7,889 bases of DNA, from the IMG/VR virus record IMGVR_UViG_3300010283_000069; one strand, given 5' to 3'. The notes beneath the pieces were generated by a model. The model had not been told where the DNA came from. It worked only from the letters and a program-made list of their open reading frames with translations, and did not search any database. How positions within the stretch are numbered: the first letter of the stretch is position 1; every line of letters begins with the position of its first letter. Both the position numbers and the translations under genes were made by a program. This document shows, one piece after another, positions 1 to 7,727 of the stretch. Origin of the DNA: a virus (lineage: Duplodnaviria > Heunggongvirae > Uroviricota > Caudoviricetes).

Positions 1-47
1 AAGTCTTTGCCGACACCTTTCATAAGCGGAAGTTGCTGAATCGGCAT
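1..47 (-). CDS. 5' end (first 15 codons) of a gp10-like head-completion / tail accessory protein; the gene continues beyond the window start
   Basis: ATG at 45-47 (minus) immediately follows the TAA stop of the upstream gene (TAAATG junction). The frame reads MPIQQLPLMKGVGKDF and stays open to the window edge. Position after the gp4-like gene matches P22 order (4 then 10). Confidence 0.5.
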   Translation of the reverse strand, partial: MPIQQLPLMKGVGKD

Positions 48-548
48 TTATTCGCTCCCGTTATCGCAAGGTTCCTTCCGGTGGAAGTAATTCCAACCGT
101 TCCACTTCGCCAACTGATTACCGCTACCAACAGGCATACGGTTTGGATAACCGGACTTACATTTAGCGGCTTTTGCTCTGTCCATTGCAGACAGTTTGAC
201 GAGTCGCTCTTTCCCGTATCTGGCAGTGGTTATAAGTTTTGCAGACGCTTCCAGCGCATAATCTGGAGCAATGCGGCAGGCAAGGTTGAAAATGACGGCA
301 TTGATAGCGTTATTTGACAAACCGTGCTCATCGCCAGGATCCGGAGCGACATCTGCATCAGCGAAAATGTAGCCAACGTTGATACCAGGTGACGCATCAC
401 CTCCAAGCCATTCAGCCATCATCATTTCAAGGTCGTTGACGCCGTCTTCCATAGACTGCGGTTCGACATCGGTTAACGTGGCATTTGATGCCACACCGAG
501 CTTACGTAATGCCGCAAGGACTAAATCACCCTTCGTTGTCAGGTTCAT
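48..548 (-). CDS. gp4-like head completion / tail accessory factor (166 aa)
   Basis: The track ORF 48..611 is trimmed to the internal ATG at 546-548 ([31 protein letters not shown]...), which has an AAGG Shine-Dalgarno about 10 nt upstream. The 166-aa length and position downstream of the coat gene match P22 gp4. The longer 187-aa start at 611 has GAAGG directly abutting the ATG, so it is less likely. Confidence 0.8.
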   Translation of the reverse strand: MNLTTKGDLVLAALRKLGVASNATLTDVEPQSMEDGVNDLEMMMAEWLGGDASPGINVGYIFADADVAPDPGDEHGLSNNAINAVIFNLACRIAPDYALEASAKLITTARYGKERLVKLSAMDRAKAAKCKSGYPNRMPVGSGNQLAKWNGWNYFHRKEPCDNGSE

Positions 549-750
549 CTGCTGCCGCCTTAGGTTTTCGACCAGGCTTTTTACGCTGTTTTTCTTCTGG
601 CTCTGCAACATCCTTCAAAAGGTCATCAGGATGTGAAAACCAACCAGCATCCAGATATTCCTGAAGCTCTTCGGCTTTCACGATTTCAAAGTCGTAGCCA
701 ACGCCTTTCCACTTCTTCATGTCGCCATGACGAAAGATCATGTGTGTCAT
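526..750 (-). CDS. small hypothetical protein (74 aa) with a Lys/Arg-rich C-terminus, in the position of P22 orf69 between coat and gp4
   Basis: ATG at 748-750 is preceded by GGAGACAAGC (good Shine-Dalgarno spacing). Product is [16 protein letters not shown]...[21 protein letters not shown]. Stop TGA at 526-528 overlaps the gp4-like start by 23 nt. The track's start at 798 would overlap the coat stop and the terminator, so it is rejected. Confidence 0.55.
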   Translation of the reverse strand: MTHMIFRHGDMKKWKGVGYDFEIVKAEELQEYLDAGWFSHPDDLLKDVAEPEEKQRKKPGRKPKAAADEPDNEG

Positions 751-762
751 GCTTGTCTCCAG

Positions 763-786
763 ATAAAAACGGGAGCCGAAGCTCCC
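763..786 (-). terminator. Rho-independent terminator immediately downstream of the coat gene
   Basis: Minus-strand transcript reads GGGAGC-UUCG-GCUCCC then G-UUUUUAU: a 6-bp GC-rich stem with a UUCG tetraloop and a U-tract, starting 8 nt after the coat TGA-TAA tandem stops. Plus-strand stem arms are 771-776 and 781-786. Confidence 0.6.
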
Positions 787-794
787 TCTGGTTA

Positions 795-2090
795 TCACGC
801 GGTCTGGTTAGGCAGACCAATACCAATTGCCTCTGGCCGTACAGCACATGCTGAATACCACACAGCAATACGGCACTTACCAGACAGAGTATTGATATCA
901 CCCTGCGTTGCGAAGATGCCGTTAACACCAATACCAGGAATGCTGAAGGAAGACGTTTTCATGCCAGCAAACAGTTCATGGGTTACCGGAATCGGCTGAG
1001 ACAGCAGGCGGATTGAGTCATCAGCCCAGAACACGTTAGCGGTGGTTGTTGCCACGTTCAGAACGTTTACCGGAGTGGAATCAGCAAGAGAGGTGTTTAC
1101 GTTAGCGTAAGCCTTCTCTTCTTTTGTCAGTGAAGAGTCATCAAGCGCAATCGGCTTCGGCGTGATTTCGATGTGAGTATCATCGATCACACGGGTGATT
1201 GAGAAAGTCGCATCATCAGTCAGCACGTTCTTCGCCATCTGAGACAGGAATTTCACACCAGTGAAGCTGATTTTGTCGCCGCGCTTAAATCCGGTGGTGG
1301 AGGATACGATCACCGTTGCAACACGGTTGTCGACGTTCTCTTTGTTACCATCGGTATCAAGGGTGTATGCCTGCGGCTTAAACTTCTGCGCACCAGAAAC
1401 AGTTACACCAGTAGCGGTTGACTTGGTAACAGCCGGAAGTTTCGGTGAGCGAAGAATTTCATCAAAGCCAGCAATCTGACGCTGAATGGTACCGTTGCGA
1501 TACGCTTCTTCAGGAACGCGCCCGAAGATGTCACCATCTACCAGGTTGCGGCCTGCTTTGCGGTAATCGTCAGGGTTCAGGAAGTAACTGATGCCCATAT
1601 CGCGGTTTAGCTCGCGGGAGAACATCAGGCGCTCTGCATCAGACACAAAATCCCAGCCAGACAGGCCAGTAGATGGACCAATTGCGCGGGTATCGTGAAC
1701 AACAAGCGAGCCCATTTCAGTTGCCTGTTTGGCAATCGCTGACTCAATGTTATTCGCCAGTTTTTTGGCGGATGCCTGGATGCGGCGACGGTAAGAACGC
1801 TCATCACGCAGGTCATCTGCACGAAGCTCGAAGAAATCGTTATCCGGATCGCCCATGTTGCACTTCACGGAGAGTTCCAGAATCCCGGTTGCGTTGCCAG
1901 TTAAATCCCAGCCAGTCTGGGTTGGCGCTTCCTGCTCAACAGGCATCCACACGGTGTTGCTTGAACGCTGCATGGATTCTGCCGGAGGGGTGTATTTTGT
2001 CACTTTGGACGCCATTGGCGTCAGGTTCTGGACGGTTTCGATGATTTCATCCAGAGCATACGTGACCAGTTGACCTTCATTTAATGCCAT
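795..2090 (-). CDS. major capsid (coat) protein, P22 gp5 family (431 aa)
   Basis: Length and sequence ([23 protein letters not shown]...[16 protein letters not shown]...) fit the P22 coat protein as I recall it. The ATG overlaps the scaffold stop (TAATG). Lies between scaffold and the terminator, as in P22. Confidence 0.93.
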   Translation of the reverse strand: MALNEGQLVTYALDEIIETVQNLTPMASKVTKYTPPAESMQRSSNTVWMPVEQEAPTQTGWDLTGNATGILELSVKCNMGDPDNDFFELRADDLRDERSYRRRIQASAKKLANNIESAIAKQATEMGSLVVHDTRAIGPSTGLSGWDFVSDAERLMFSRELNRDMGISYFLNPDDYRKAGRNLVDGDIFGRVPEEAYRNGTIQRQIAGFDEILRSPKLPAVTKSTATGVTVSGAQKFKPQAYTLDTDGNKENVDNRVATVIVSSTTGFKRGDKISFTGVKFLSQMAKNVLTDDATFSITRVIDDTHIEITPKPIALDDSSLTKEEKAYANVNTSLADSTPVNVLNVATTTANVFWADDSIRLLSQPIPVTHELFAGMKTSSFSIPGIGVNGIFATQGDINTLSGKCRIAVWYSACAVRPEAIGIGLPNQTA

Positions 2091-3001
2091 TATCGAATTC
2101 CTTTATTCAGTTGCGCCTTAAGCTTGCGGTATGCCTCTACATCCCCTTTGTTTGCTGCCGCTTCCATCTGCTTTTCAATCGCAGATATATTTGCAGCAAC
2201 AGCGTGTCCCTGAATGGGTTCATCAGGTAACGGGGCTTCTGAAACAGGCTTAGCTCGAGGCTTGAGAGTTAAACGTTCTGACAGTCGAGTGATTTCAATC
2301 AGCGCGGATTGCCCGTCCATCGCCAGCAACTGGCGTGTTTTCTCAGGATTAGCACCAAGGTGATACATGAGAGCGGCAGATTTCTCCGGGAAGAGGCGCA
2401 TGATGTCGGCACCGACTGCTGGCGGCACCAGTTGCATGAATGCATCCTCTTTCTCCTGATAGTCAGGGATATTGAGCTTTTCCGCTGCGTCGTAGTGCTT
2501 ACGGGCTGCCTCGACGTATTGCGCTGATTGCTGGGTGAACTCCTGAGTTTTGCGACCCTGCTCGGCGACAGCCTGGCTTCGTGCGTCCATAGCCTTGATC
2601 TGCCATTCACTGTTTGCCTGCTGGAAGGCGGCCAGTGCGCGGCTCTGGTCATAGTCGTACTTAGCCAGTGCATCTTCGGAAAGATAATCGTTAGGGTCTG
2701 GTTGTTTTGGTAACTCAGGGTTCACCCGCAGGTGCTCCGGCAATTCTCCACGCTTAACCGCTTCCATCTGCTGCTCAAGCTCACGCTGGCGTTTGCGTTC
2801 GATGCGGCGACGGGCAAATTCAGCATTAGTTGCCGGGTCTTGTTTTGGTTTCTCATCGTCTTTCAGGACAATCTCGAAGCCTTCTTCCTGACCTGCGCTG
2901 TCGTTGGCATTATCGACAACTAAGCCATCAGCAGATGCCGCTGCATGATTGCCGGGCAGGGTTAATTCTTCAGAAGCCTGAATGTCGGTGGTTTGGTCCA
3001 T
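2090..3001 (-). CDS. scaffolding protein, P22 gp8 family (303 aa)
   Basis: Exactly 303 aa, charged and helical, with a basic C-terminal segment (...[13 protein letters not shown]) as expected for the coat-binding helix-turn-helix. ATG at 2999-3001 has a GAGAG Shine-Dalgarno. Sits between portal and coat. Confidence 0.9.
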   Translation of the reverse strand: MDQTTDIQASEELTLPGNHAAASADGLVVDNANDSAGQEEGFEIVLKDDEKPKQDPATNAEFARRRIERKRQRELEQQMEAVKRGELPEHLRVNPELPKQPDPNDYLSEDALAKYDYDQSRALAAFQQANSEWQIKAMDARSQAVAEQGRKTQEFTQQSAQYVEAARKHYDAAEKLNIPDYQEKEDAFMQLVPPAVGADIMRLFPEKSAALMYHLGANPEKTRQLLAMDGQSALIEITRLSERLTLKPRAKPVSEAPLPDEPIQGHAVAANISAIEKQMEAAANKGDVEAYRKLKAQLNKGIR

Positions 3002-3014
3002 GATTAACTCTCTC

Positions 3015-5180
3015 TTATTGAGGTGTCTCGGCTACTCCGCCGGAGGGGATTTGAACTTGACGCATAAGATTCGCGAAATCCATGCGTTGTGAATGAGTCT
3101 GGTCTGCATCTTTAAGAAGCAGCTCAGCGTTAGCACGAGCATCTTTGCTGCGCTGTTGCTGGAATTGACCTACGAGCTTGAGGTACTCACGCAGTTCTGC
3201 CTGCTTGTCGAGGTCCATATTGTTGAAGATTTCTGCAATCTTCGCGGCGTTGAGTTGGTTTTGAGCTTCAACCTTGGCAGCTTCAACCTGAATCTGCGCC
3301 TGTTGGTTCTCTGCCTTGAGCAATTCAGCCTGACCTTGCAGAAGGATACCCTGCGCCTGAATTTGCTCTGCTGATGGCTGCTGCGGCTGCTGTTGCGCCT
3401 GTTGTACCATCTCCATCTCTTCAGGTGTTTCTGGTTTCTTCAGCCCCATCATCACCAGTTGCTTGTTCGCGTACTCTCGCATCATCTCGACGCCTTTACC
3501 GTCAAGCAGCGTGAAGTATTGCAACATCAGCATCTGGAACTCTGGAGTACCTTGCGGAACCTTGGTGAGTAACTCCTGAATCTCTGCGCGGTTCTGTTCC
3601 TTCATACTCTGGAAGGATGGTCCAACGTCGGTATAGCACTCATAGCGACCGCGAATGTCGTTGAGTGTGACCACATTACCGGACTGGTAATCTACAACTT
3701 GCGCGTAGAGTTGAACGTCTTTCTCGCTACCATCTTCAAGTGTCAGCGTTACATGACGAGGAACGTCATAAATATCATTGACCATTGAGGCATAAATCTC
3801 GCCATCACGTCGCATTGCGGTAGCAAGGTTATCCTGAAACACGTATGTCTCAAGGTCTGCCCGCATGTTCAGTTGATTGACGGTATCGAAAGCGACCTGA
3901 GAATTTGCTGCCTGCGCATCCACACCAAGACTAGCCACCTCTTTCACTGCGTTGGTGGCAGCCTCAAGCATGTAAGCGTTGGCTTGCGGCACTTCAGGGT
4001 TTTCCATGTAGGAGATTGGACCAATCGGCAGGTCGTTACCGTTTTCATCGGTCCTGTTCTGCAGATAGTACGGATAGTCATCATTTCCACCGTACATGTA
4101 TTCGTAGCCTTCGATTTGCTCAGGGAAGAAGGTCGGTTTCTTCTTCGGTGAACGAGCAACAATATCGGCGTTGAACGACATGATCATGTTACGAAGGCGT
4201 TGACCGTCTTTCGTCAGCCTTACCACGCCCTCGTAGCACTCCTTGTCACCAGCGAATGACCATTCGCCGTACACAGGAACGATTGGGATATGCTCTCCGG
4301 CTATCTTCTCGCGGTCTTTCAGTATCTGCGTGCAGGTGATGATCGACTTATACACACGCCGACGCTTGACCTTACGCTCTGCTACCTTAATGAATCCACG
4401 ATTAGCCAGGTCGTCGATGACGTCTTTGATATCCTGCTGGTAATAGCTGACCGGCTCACCTGTCAGCGGGTCGCGGTAGATGAAGACTTTCTCTTTCTTC
4501 TCTTCGACCTCGTAATACTCAGCGACGTAGACGACATCATTCGATACCCACGGAAACAGCCATGTATCGTTCGGATTCTGAAAAGATGGCAAGGTATCAG
4601 GATCAATATCGTAATCCTCTGCGAACTCTTTCCAGCCATTGCGTGACAAAGCGTTAATCACCGTGCAGTGCTTAGCGTCGCTCTTATCCATCTGCTTGCT
4701 GTTGGCGTCCCATATGACGTGCGAGCAGGCTTCATGGATTGGCAGGCGTCGGATTACCTGATTGTTGCTTGTTGGGTCGTTGTCTTCGTACTGGGTGACC
4801 AGACGCCATGCACCAACGCCGGACTCTATCTGCTCACGAACGCCAACGTTAACGGCAATCTTTGCCGTGTTATGGCGCATATCAGTACGATACATTCCCA
4901 TCAACACATCGGCAGCATCAGGATTAGCGCCGTCTTTGGGTCGGAAGAGAACGTCGATAGGGTTCCGGCGCATCTCTGCTACCAGTTTCCTGACCACCGG
5001 GCGAACAACATCGAATTGTCCGCGATATTGCAGGGTAGTGTAGTTTGATAGCCAGTCATCCCATTGCGACACTCGGCTAAAATACAGGTCATTTGTCGCC
5101 TCGGTTCTGGCTTCATCGCTCGCCATCCAGTCCGCGTCAAACTTACACAGAATGGAATTGAGTCTGTTTTCGTCGGCCAT
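3015..5180 (-). CDS. portal protein, P22 gp1 family (721 aa)
   Basis: 721 aa against about 725 for P22 portal. Gln/Ala/Glu-rich helical C-terminal ~120 aa typical of the P22 portal barrel. ATG at 5178-5180 directly follows the terL TAA (TAAATG), with GGAG 7 nt upstream. Confidence 0.93.
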   Translation of the reverse strand: MADENRLNSILCKFDADWMASDEARTEATNDLYFSRVSQWDDWLSNYTTLQYRGQFDVVRPVVRKLVAEMRRNPIDVLFRPKDGANPDAADVLMGMYRTDMRHNTAKIAVNVGVREQIESGVGAWRLVTQYEDNDPTSNNQVIRRLPIHEACSHVIWDANSKQMDKSDAKHCTVINALSRNGWKEFAEDYDIDPDTLPSFQNPNDTWLFPWVSNDVVYVAEYYEVEEKKEKVFIYRDPLTGEPVSYYQQDIKDVIDDLANRGFIKVAERKVKRRRVYKSIITCTQILKDREKIAGEHIPIVPVYGEWSFAGDKECYEGVVRLTKDGQRLRNMIMSFNADIVARSPKKKPTFFPEQIEGYEYMYGGNDDYPYYLQNRTDENGNDLPIGPISYMENPEVPQANAYMLEAATNAVKEVASLGVDAQAANSQVAFDTVNQLNMRADLETYVFQDNLATAMRRDGEIYASMVNDIYDVPRHVTLTLEDGSEKDVQLYAQVVDYQSGNVVTLNDIRGRYECYTDVGPSFQSMKEQNRAEIQELLTKVPQGTPEFQMLMLQYFTLLDGKGVEMMREYANKQLVMMGLKKPETPEEMEMVQQAQQQPQQPSAEQIQAQGILLQGQAELLKAENQQAQIQVEAAKVEAQNQLNAAKIAEIFNNMDLDKQAELREYLKLVGQFQQQRSKDARANAELLLKDADQTHSQRMDFANLMRQVQIPSGGVAETPQ

Positions 5181-6680
5181 TTAAGTTCTCCGTGCGATGG
5201 GCCTGATTGGGGCTGGTATCTTTTTCTCTTTTGGTTTTTTGATGTCGCGCATCATTTTGGCGAAGCGGCGCATCATGTATGCATAGCGAACGGCTGAGAG
5301 AACGTCGTCGTTAAGCTTGACGATTTTCCCGTTTTCATCACGGTGATAGAGGCGGAACTCCTCAAAGAATGGCTCACAGGTGTTGAATACTTTGAAGCGA
5401 CCATCGAGCATCATGTCGCGCAATTCAGTGATGCCAGGCTCCACAGCGTTACCGCCATCAGGCCATGTCGCATGCTCCTGCAACATCATAAATCCAGCGT
5501 CTGCATACTGCCCTTTGAGCTGCTCACCGCCGCCCTTCTCATGCTGGTTTCCGTCATGAGGCCATGCGGTTGGCACTTTATGCGCCCATGATTTAACAGC
5601 TCCCCACGCCTGAACGGCTGTCTTTTCTTTCGCCTTCCACACGCGTGAAACGTAGATTGTGTCTGCGTCCTTATCCCACCAAAGCTGAACCTGCGCCTGC
5701 GGGTGATCCCATCCGAAATCCATCCCGCCAATTACGTAGAAGTGATCCGGACACTCGAACGGCTGACACTTAATCGTCTCTTCCGGTATCTGGAAGATTC
5801 GACCGCTACCCATCGTAGGAATACCGCGAGCACGCGCCTCTCTCTCATGCTCTGGATAGGATGCGATGATTTGCTCTTTCTGCTCGTCGGTATAGTGCTC
5901 AGCGTCATAGATGGTCATGTTGACCACTTTCTGCGACTTGCTGGGGTTCTTCAGGAACTTGGTAACAACGTCAGACATCCCCATCAGCGGGGTAAACGTC
6001 AGAATTGAGAATTGCCCGTATTTGTTGGTACGGGTAAGACCTTCGCCATAAATGCTGTATGGTGGCTCTTCGTCAAACCACACGCCGTGGATTGTGTCAC
6101 CCTGCCAGCGAGCACGGCCTTGCGAGTATGGTTTGAAGTAGCAGATTGAAATGCCATCTTCAACGCCATCAGCCGTGTGATGCTTAACCAGAAGATGATC
6201 AACAAGGTTCGGAAAGAAAGGAGACTTCTTCCAGCTAATGATGTCTTCTTTCGGTATGGAACCGTAGCCAGGTTCATCATTCTCTTCGATACGACCGCAC
6301 AGGATGCGTTGAGTCGTTTTGGTTACAGTCTCGTTTGTCTCGCCACCAATCCAGAAGACAACAGGCTCATAGAAACGCTTACCTTTCCACTCCCCGCCAT
6401 ATTTACCATCAGCAGGATAGCCTTTTGTGCCCGGATAACGCCCGGTAAGGTGAAACGCGACTTCAGCAGCACCAGTAAATGACTTACCAAGCTGGTTACC
6501 AGCCATAAAACAGCGCTCTGGATAGTCATGCCCGGCGTCGATGAACTCACGCTGTTTGCTGTATGGCGTAAATTCATATAGCAGGTGTGTGTTCCGGTAG
6601 TTCTCTTCTTCTTCGAGTAGCTCGAGCAATTCTATTTGCTCTTCGTCGCTCAGGTTATCAAGAATCGCGTCCAGTTCCAC
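5181..6680 (-). CDS. terL: terminase large subunit, P22 gp2 family (499 aa), GTG start
   Basis: 499 aa as for P22 gp2. Walker A-like AGNQLGKS near residue 60, Walker B-like VWFDEE, and a C-terminal nuclease-like GMDFGWD motif. Start codon is GTG at 6678-6680 with AAGGAG 10 nt upstream; there is no in-frame ATG before the upstream stop. Confidence 0.93.
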   Translation of the reverse strand: MELDAILDNLSDEEQIELLELLEEEENYRNTHLLYEFTPYSKQREFIDAGHDYPERCFMAGNQLGKSFTGAAEVAFHLTGRYPGTKGYPADGKYGGEWKGKRFYEPVVFWIGGETNETVTKTTQRILCGRIEENDEPGYGSIPKEDIISWKKSPFFPNLVDHLLVKHHTADGVEDGISICYFKPYSQGRARWQGDTIHGVWFDEEPPYSIYGEGLTRTNKYGQFSILTFTPLMGMSDVVTKFLKNPSKSQKVVNMTIYDAEHYTDEQKEQIIASYPEHEREARARGIPTMGSGRIFQIPEETIKCQPFECPDHFYVIGGMDFGWDHPQAQVQLWWDKDADTIYVSRVWKAKEKTAVQAWGAVKSWAHKVPTAWPHDGNQHEKGGGEQLKGQYADAGFMMLQEHATWPDGGNAVEPGITELRDMMLDGRFKVFNTCEPFFEEFRLYHRDENGKIVKLNDDVLSAVRYAYMMRRFAKMMRDIKKPKEKKIPAPIRPIARRT

Positions 6681-7146
6681 GGTTGAATAGCTCCTTGATA
6701 CGAGAGCGTCGCTTATCGCGATCTCCCTTATCAGGTGTCACGTCTTCAACTTGCGACTGCTCTTTGAGGCCCAAATCACGGGCGATGATGTTAGCGTTGA
6801 GAAGGTCAGCGGCTGCGCCAGAGAATTTCTGGTCGTAGATGATGTCTTCCGCTCGTGATGTGACGTCAGAAAAACCTTCCATTGACCGGAAGGTTCCCCA
6901 TGTTTGCCTGGTGATATCAAGGAAGGTACACAATCCTGAAATAGTCATGGCTCGCATCTTAGGGACATTAGCCTTAATTATTTCTCCCTGATATGAAAAT
7001 ACCTTACCCTCCCATAGCGGGTTATCATCAGCCCACTCGAAGTATTCACAACAAGCTGCCCACAGCGCCTCAGGCGATTCGAATTTAGGATTTCGCCCAT
7101 GACTACTGCGGGCCTCCCAAAATCGGTTGCCCTTTGGTGCTGCCAT
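6658..7146 (-). CDS. terS: terminase small subunit, P22 gp3 family (162 aa)
   Basis: 162 aa as for P22 gp3, with N-terminus [29 protein letters not shown]. Lies directly upstream of terL and overlaps it by 23 nt. ATG at 7144-7146. Confidence 0.9.
   Translation of the reverse strand: MAAPKGNRFWEARSSHGRNPKFESPEALWAACCEYFEWADDNPLWEGKVFSYQGEIIKANVPKMRAMTISGLCTFLDITRQTWGTFRSMEGFSDVTSRAEDIIYDQKFSGAAADLLNANIIARDLGLKEQSQVEDVTPDKGDRDKRRSRIKELFNRGTGRDS
6857..6879 (-). other. candidate pac (packaging initiation) site inside terS
   Basis: Minus-strand GAAGGTTTTTCTGACGTCACATC covers terS codons 90-97 (EGFSDVTS). From memory, the P22 pac site is about 22 bp at this codon position (approximately GAAGATTTATCTGAAGTCGTTA, encoding EDLSEVV). 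This sequence matches that in register at about 15 of 22 positions and contains the palindrome TGACGTCA. Confidence 0.35.
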
Positions 7147-7151
7147 ATTGA

Positions 7152-7223
7152 TTATTTCCCTTCTGTTTGCTTATCCCATTCATCGCGGAATTTGGATGGG
7201 TTGTCGAAACCTTGAGTTGCCAT
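7152..7223 (-). CDS. possible mini-ORF (23 aa, [23 protein letters not shown]) between the 80-aa gene and terS
   Basis: ATG at 7221-7223 lies 2 nt after the TAA of the 80-aa gene and has GGAG 7 nt upstream. Its TAA stop at 7152-7154 is 5 nt before the terS ATG. Not in the ORF track because it is below the length cutoff. Confidence 0.3.
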   Translation of the reverse strand: MATQGFDNPSKFRDEWDKQTEGK

Positions 7224-7225
7224 GT

Positions 7226-7468
7226 TTATGCTCCGGTAGTGAACAGGTCTAACGCTTCCTTCGATTTACGCACCGCTTCAAATGTGCGGATCGTGATATC
7301 TGAATTAGCGCCACCTGACTGGAAGTGAATTTTGAATAGCTCAAGCTTCAGCTCGTCAGTGCCAATGAACTGAAATGCTTCTTCTGCGGCTGCGTTCTGG
7401 TTCATGACCAGTTTGTAAATCTCTAACTGGAATTTCTGTTCTTCAGTCATGGGAATAATCTCTGCCAT
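7226..7468 (-). CDS. hypothetical protein (80 aa), in the position of the small conserved ORF upstream of terS in P22-like phages (orf80-like)
   Basis: ATG at 7466-7468 is preceded by GGAGCCAACA (good Shine-Dalgarno). Acidic, helical-looking product MAEIIPMTEEQKFQLEIYKLVMNQNAAAEEAFQFIG... The 80-aa length matches my recollection of P22 orf80. Function unknown. Confidence 0.65.
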   Translation of the reverse strand: MAEIIPMTEEQKFQLEIYKLVMNQNAAAEEAFQFIGTDELKLELFKIHFQSGGANSDITIRTFEAVRKSKEALDLFTTGA

Positions 7469-7493
7469 TGTTGGCTCCGTTTATCCGTTAAAA

Positions 7494-7515
7494 GGGATAT
7501 CAGTTAAGTTATCCC
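7494..7515 (-). terminator. hairpin followed by a short U-tract upstream of the 80-aa gene; possible weak terminator or RNA structural element
   Basis: Minus-strand GGGAUA-(10-nt loop)-UAUCCC followed by UUUUAA, about 25 nt upstream of the 80-aa gene ATG. Only 4 U and a large loop, so weak. Confidence 0.25.
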
Positions 7516-7709
7516 GTGTAGGGTATAAGCCATTGTCGAGACCACTCATTGAATGGCCTCTGCAATAACCGATGTCTTTCCATCAGTCCGCCACCACAAA
7601 GAATCTTTTTTGCCATAAGGCTGGAGGTTCATCTTTCAGTGGCTGCCAGTGTTATTTCCCCACTTTCTGGCTTGGGTTGTTTCGCTGTACTGCCGCAACT
7701 GGTGGTGCA

Positions 7710-7727
7710 CAGATTTAGTTAAATCTG
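7710..7727. repeat. perfect 8-bp inverted repeat with 2-bp spacer (CAGATTTA-GT-TAAATCTG); possible protein-binding site
   Basis: Read directly from the sequence. The arms extend imperfectly to 11 bp (9 of 11 matching). AT-rich and lying in a region without ORFs. Not followed by a U-tract on either strand, so not a terminator. Confidence 0.4.

Noticed and set aside
33-317. Plus-strand ORF of 94 aa
   Set aside because: Lies entirely antisense to the well-supported gp4-like gene, has no ribosome-binding site and its product has no recognisable features. Treated as a chance antisense ORF.
48-611. Longer 187-aa version of the gp4-like gene starting at 611
   Set aside because: The ATG at 548 gives a 166-aa product matching the expected gp4 length with a better-spaced ribosome-binding site. 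The upstream 21 codons would overlap the small ORF extensively.
526-798. Track start at 798 for the small ORF (90-aa version)
   Set aside because: That start would overlap the coat stop and span the terminator hairpin. The internal ATG at 750 has a proper GGAG Shine-Dalgarno and is used instead.
1673-2044. Plus-strand ORF of 123 aa (with similar ORFs 1261..1479 and 1855..2073)
   Set aside because: Antisense to the coat gene; Cys/Arg/Pro-rich translation typical of a reverse-frame artefact.
2299-2923. Alternative-frame ORFs inside the scaffolding gene (2299..2673 minus, 2309..2527 plus, 2528..2713 plus, 2732..2923 plus)
   Set aside because: Out of frame or antisense to the 303-aa scaffold ORF, whose length and junctions match the expected gene exactly.
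3093-5297. Several plus-strand ORFs of 66-126 aa (3093..3374, 3873..4151, 4243..4443, 4290..4646, 4668..5048, 4762..5043, 5064..5297)
   Set aside because: All are embedded antisense in the portal gene or the portal/terL junction and show Leu/Cys/Arg-rich antisense-type composition. No independent support.
5343-6838. Plus- and minus-strand alternative-frame ORFs inside terL and terS (5343..5591, 5486..5731, 5703..6008, 5999..6280, 6177..6482, 6323..6577, 6587..6838, 6738..6920)
   Set aside because: These overlap the terminase genes in other frames or antisense. The terminase frames are the ones with matching protein lengths and motifs.
7481-7632. Small minus-strand ORFs of 22, 35 and 28 aa (7481..7549, 7509..7616, about 7546..7632)
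   Set aside because: Weak or absent Shine-Dalgarno sequences, overlap with each other and with the hairpin, and unremarkable composition. Kept only as context for the non-coding region finding.
7697-7708. Chi-like sequence ACTGGTGG
   Set aside because: Differs from the E. coli Chi octamer GCTGGTGG at the first base. No exact Chi found by eye in the window.
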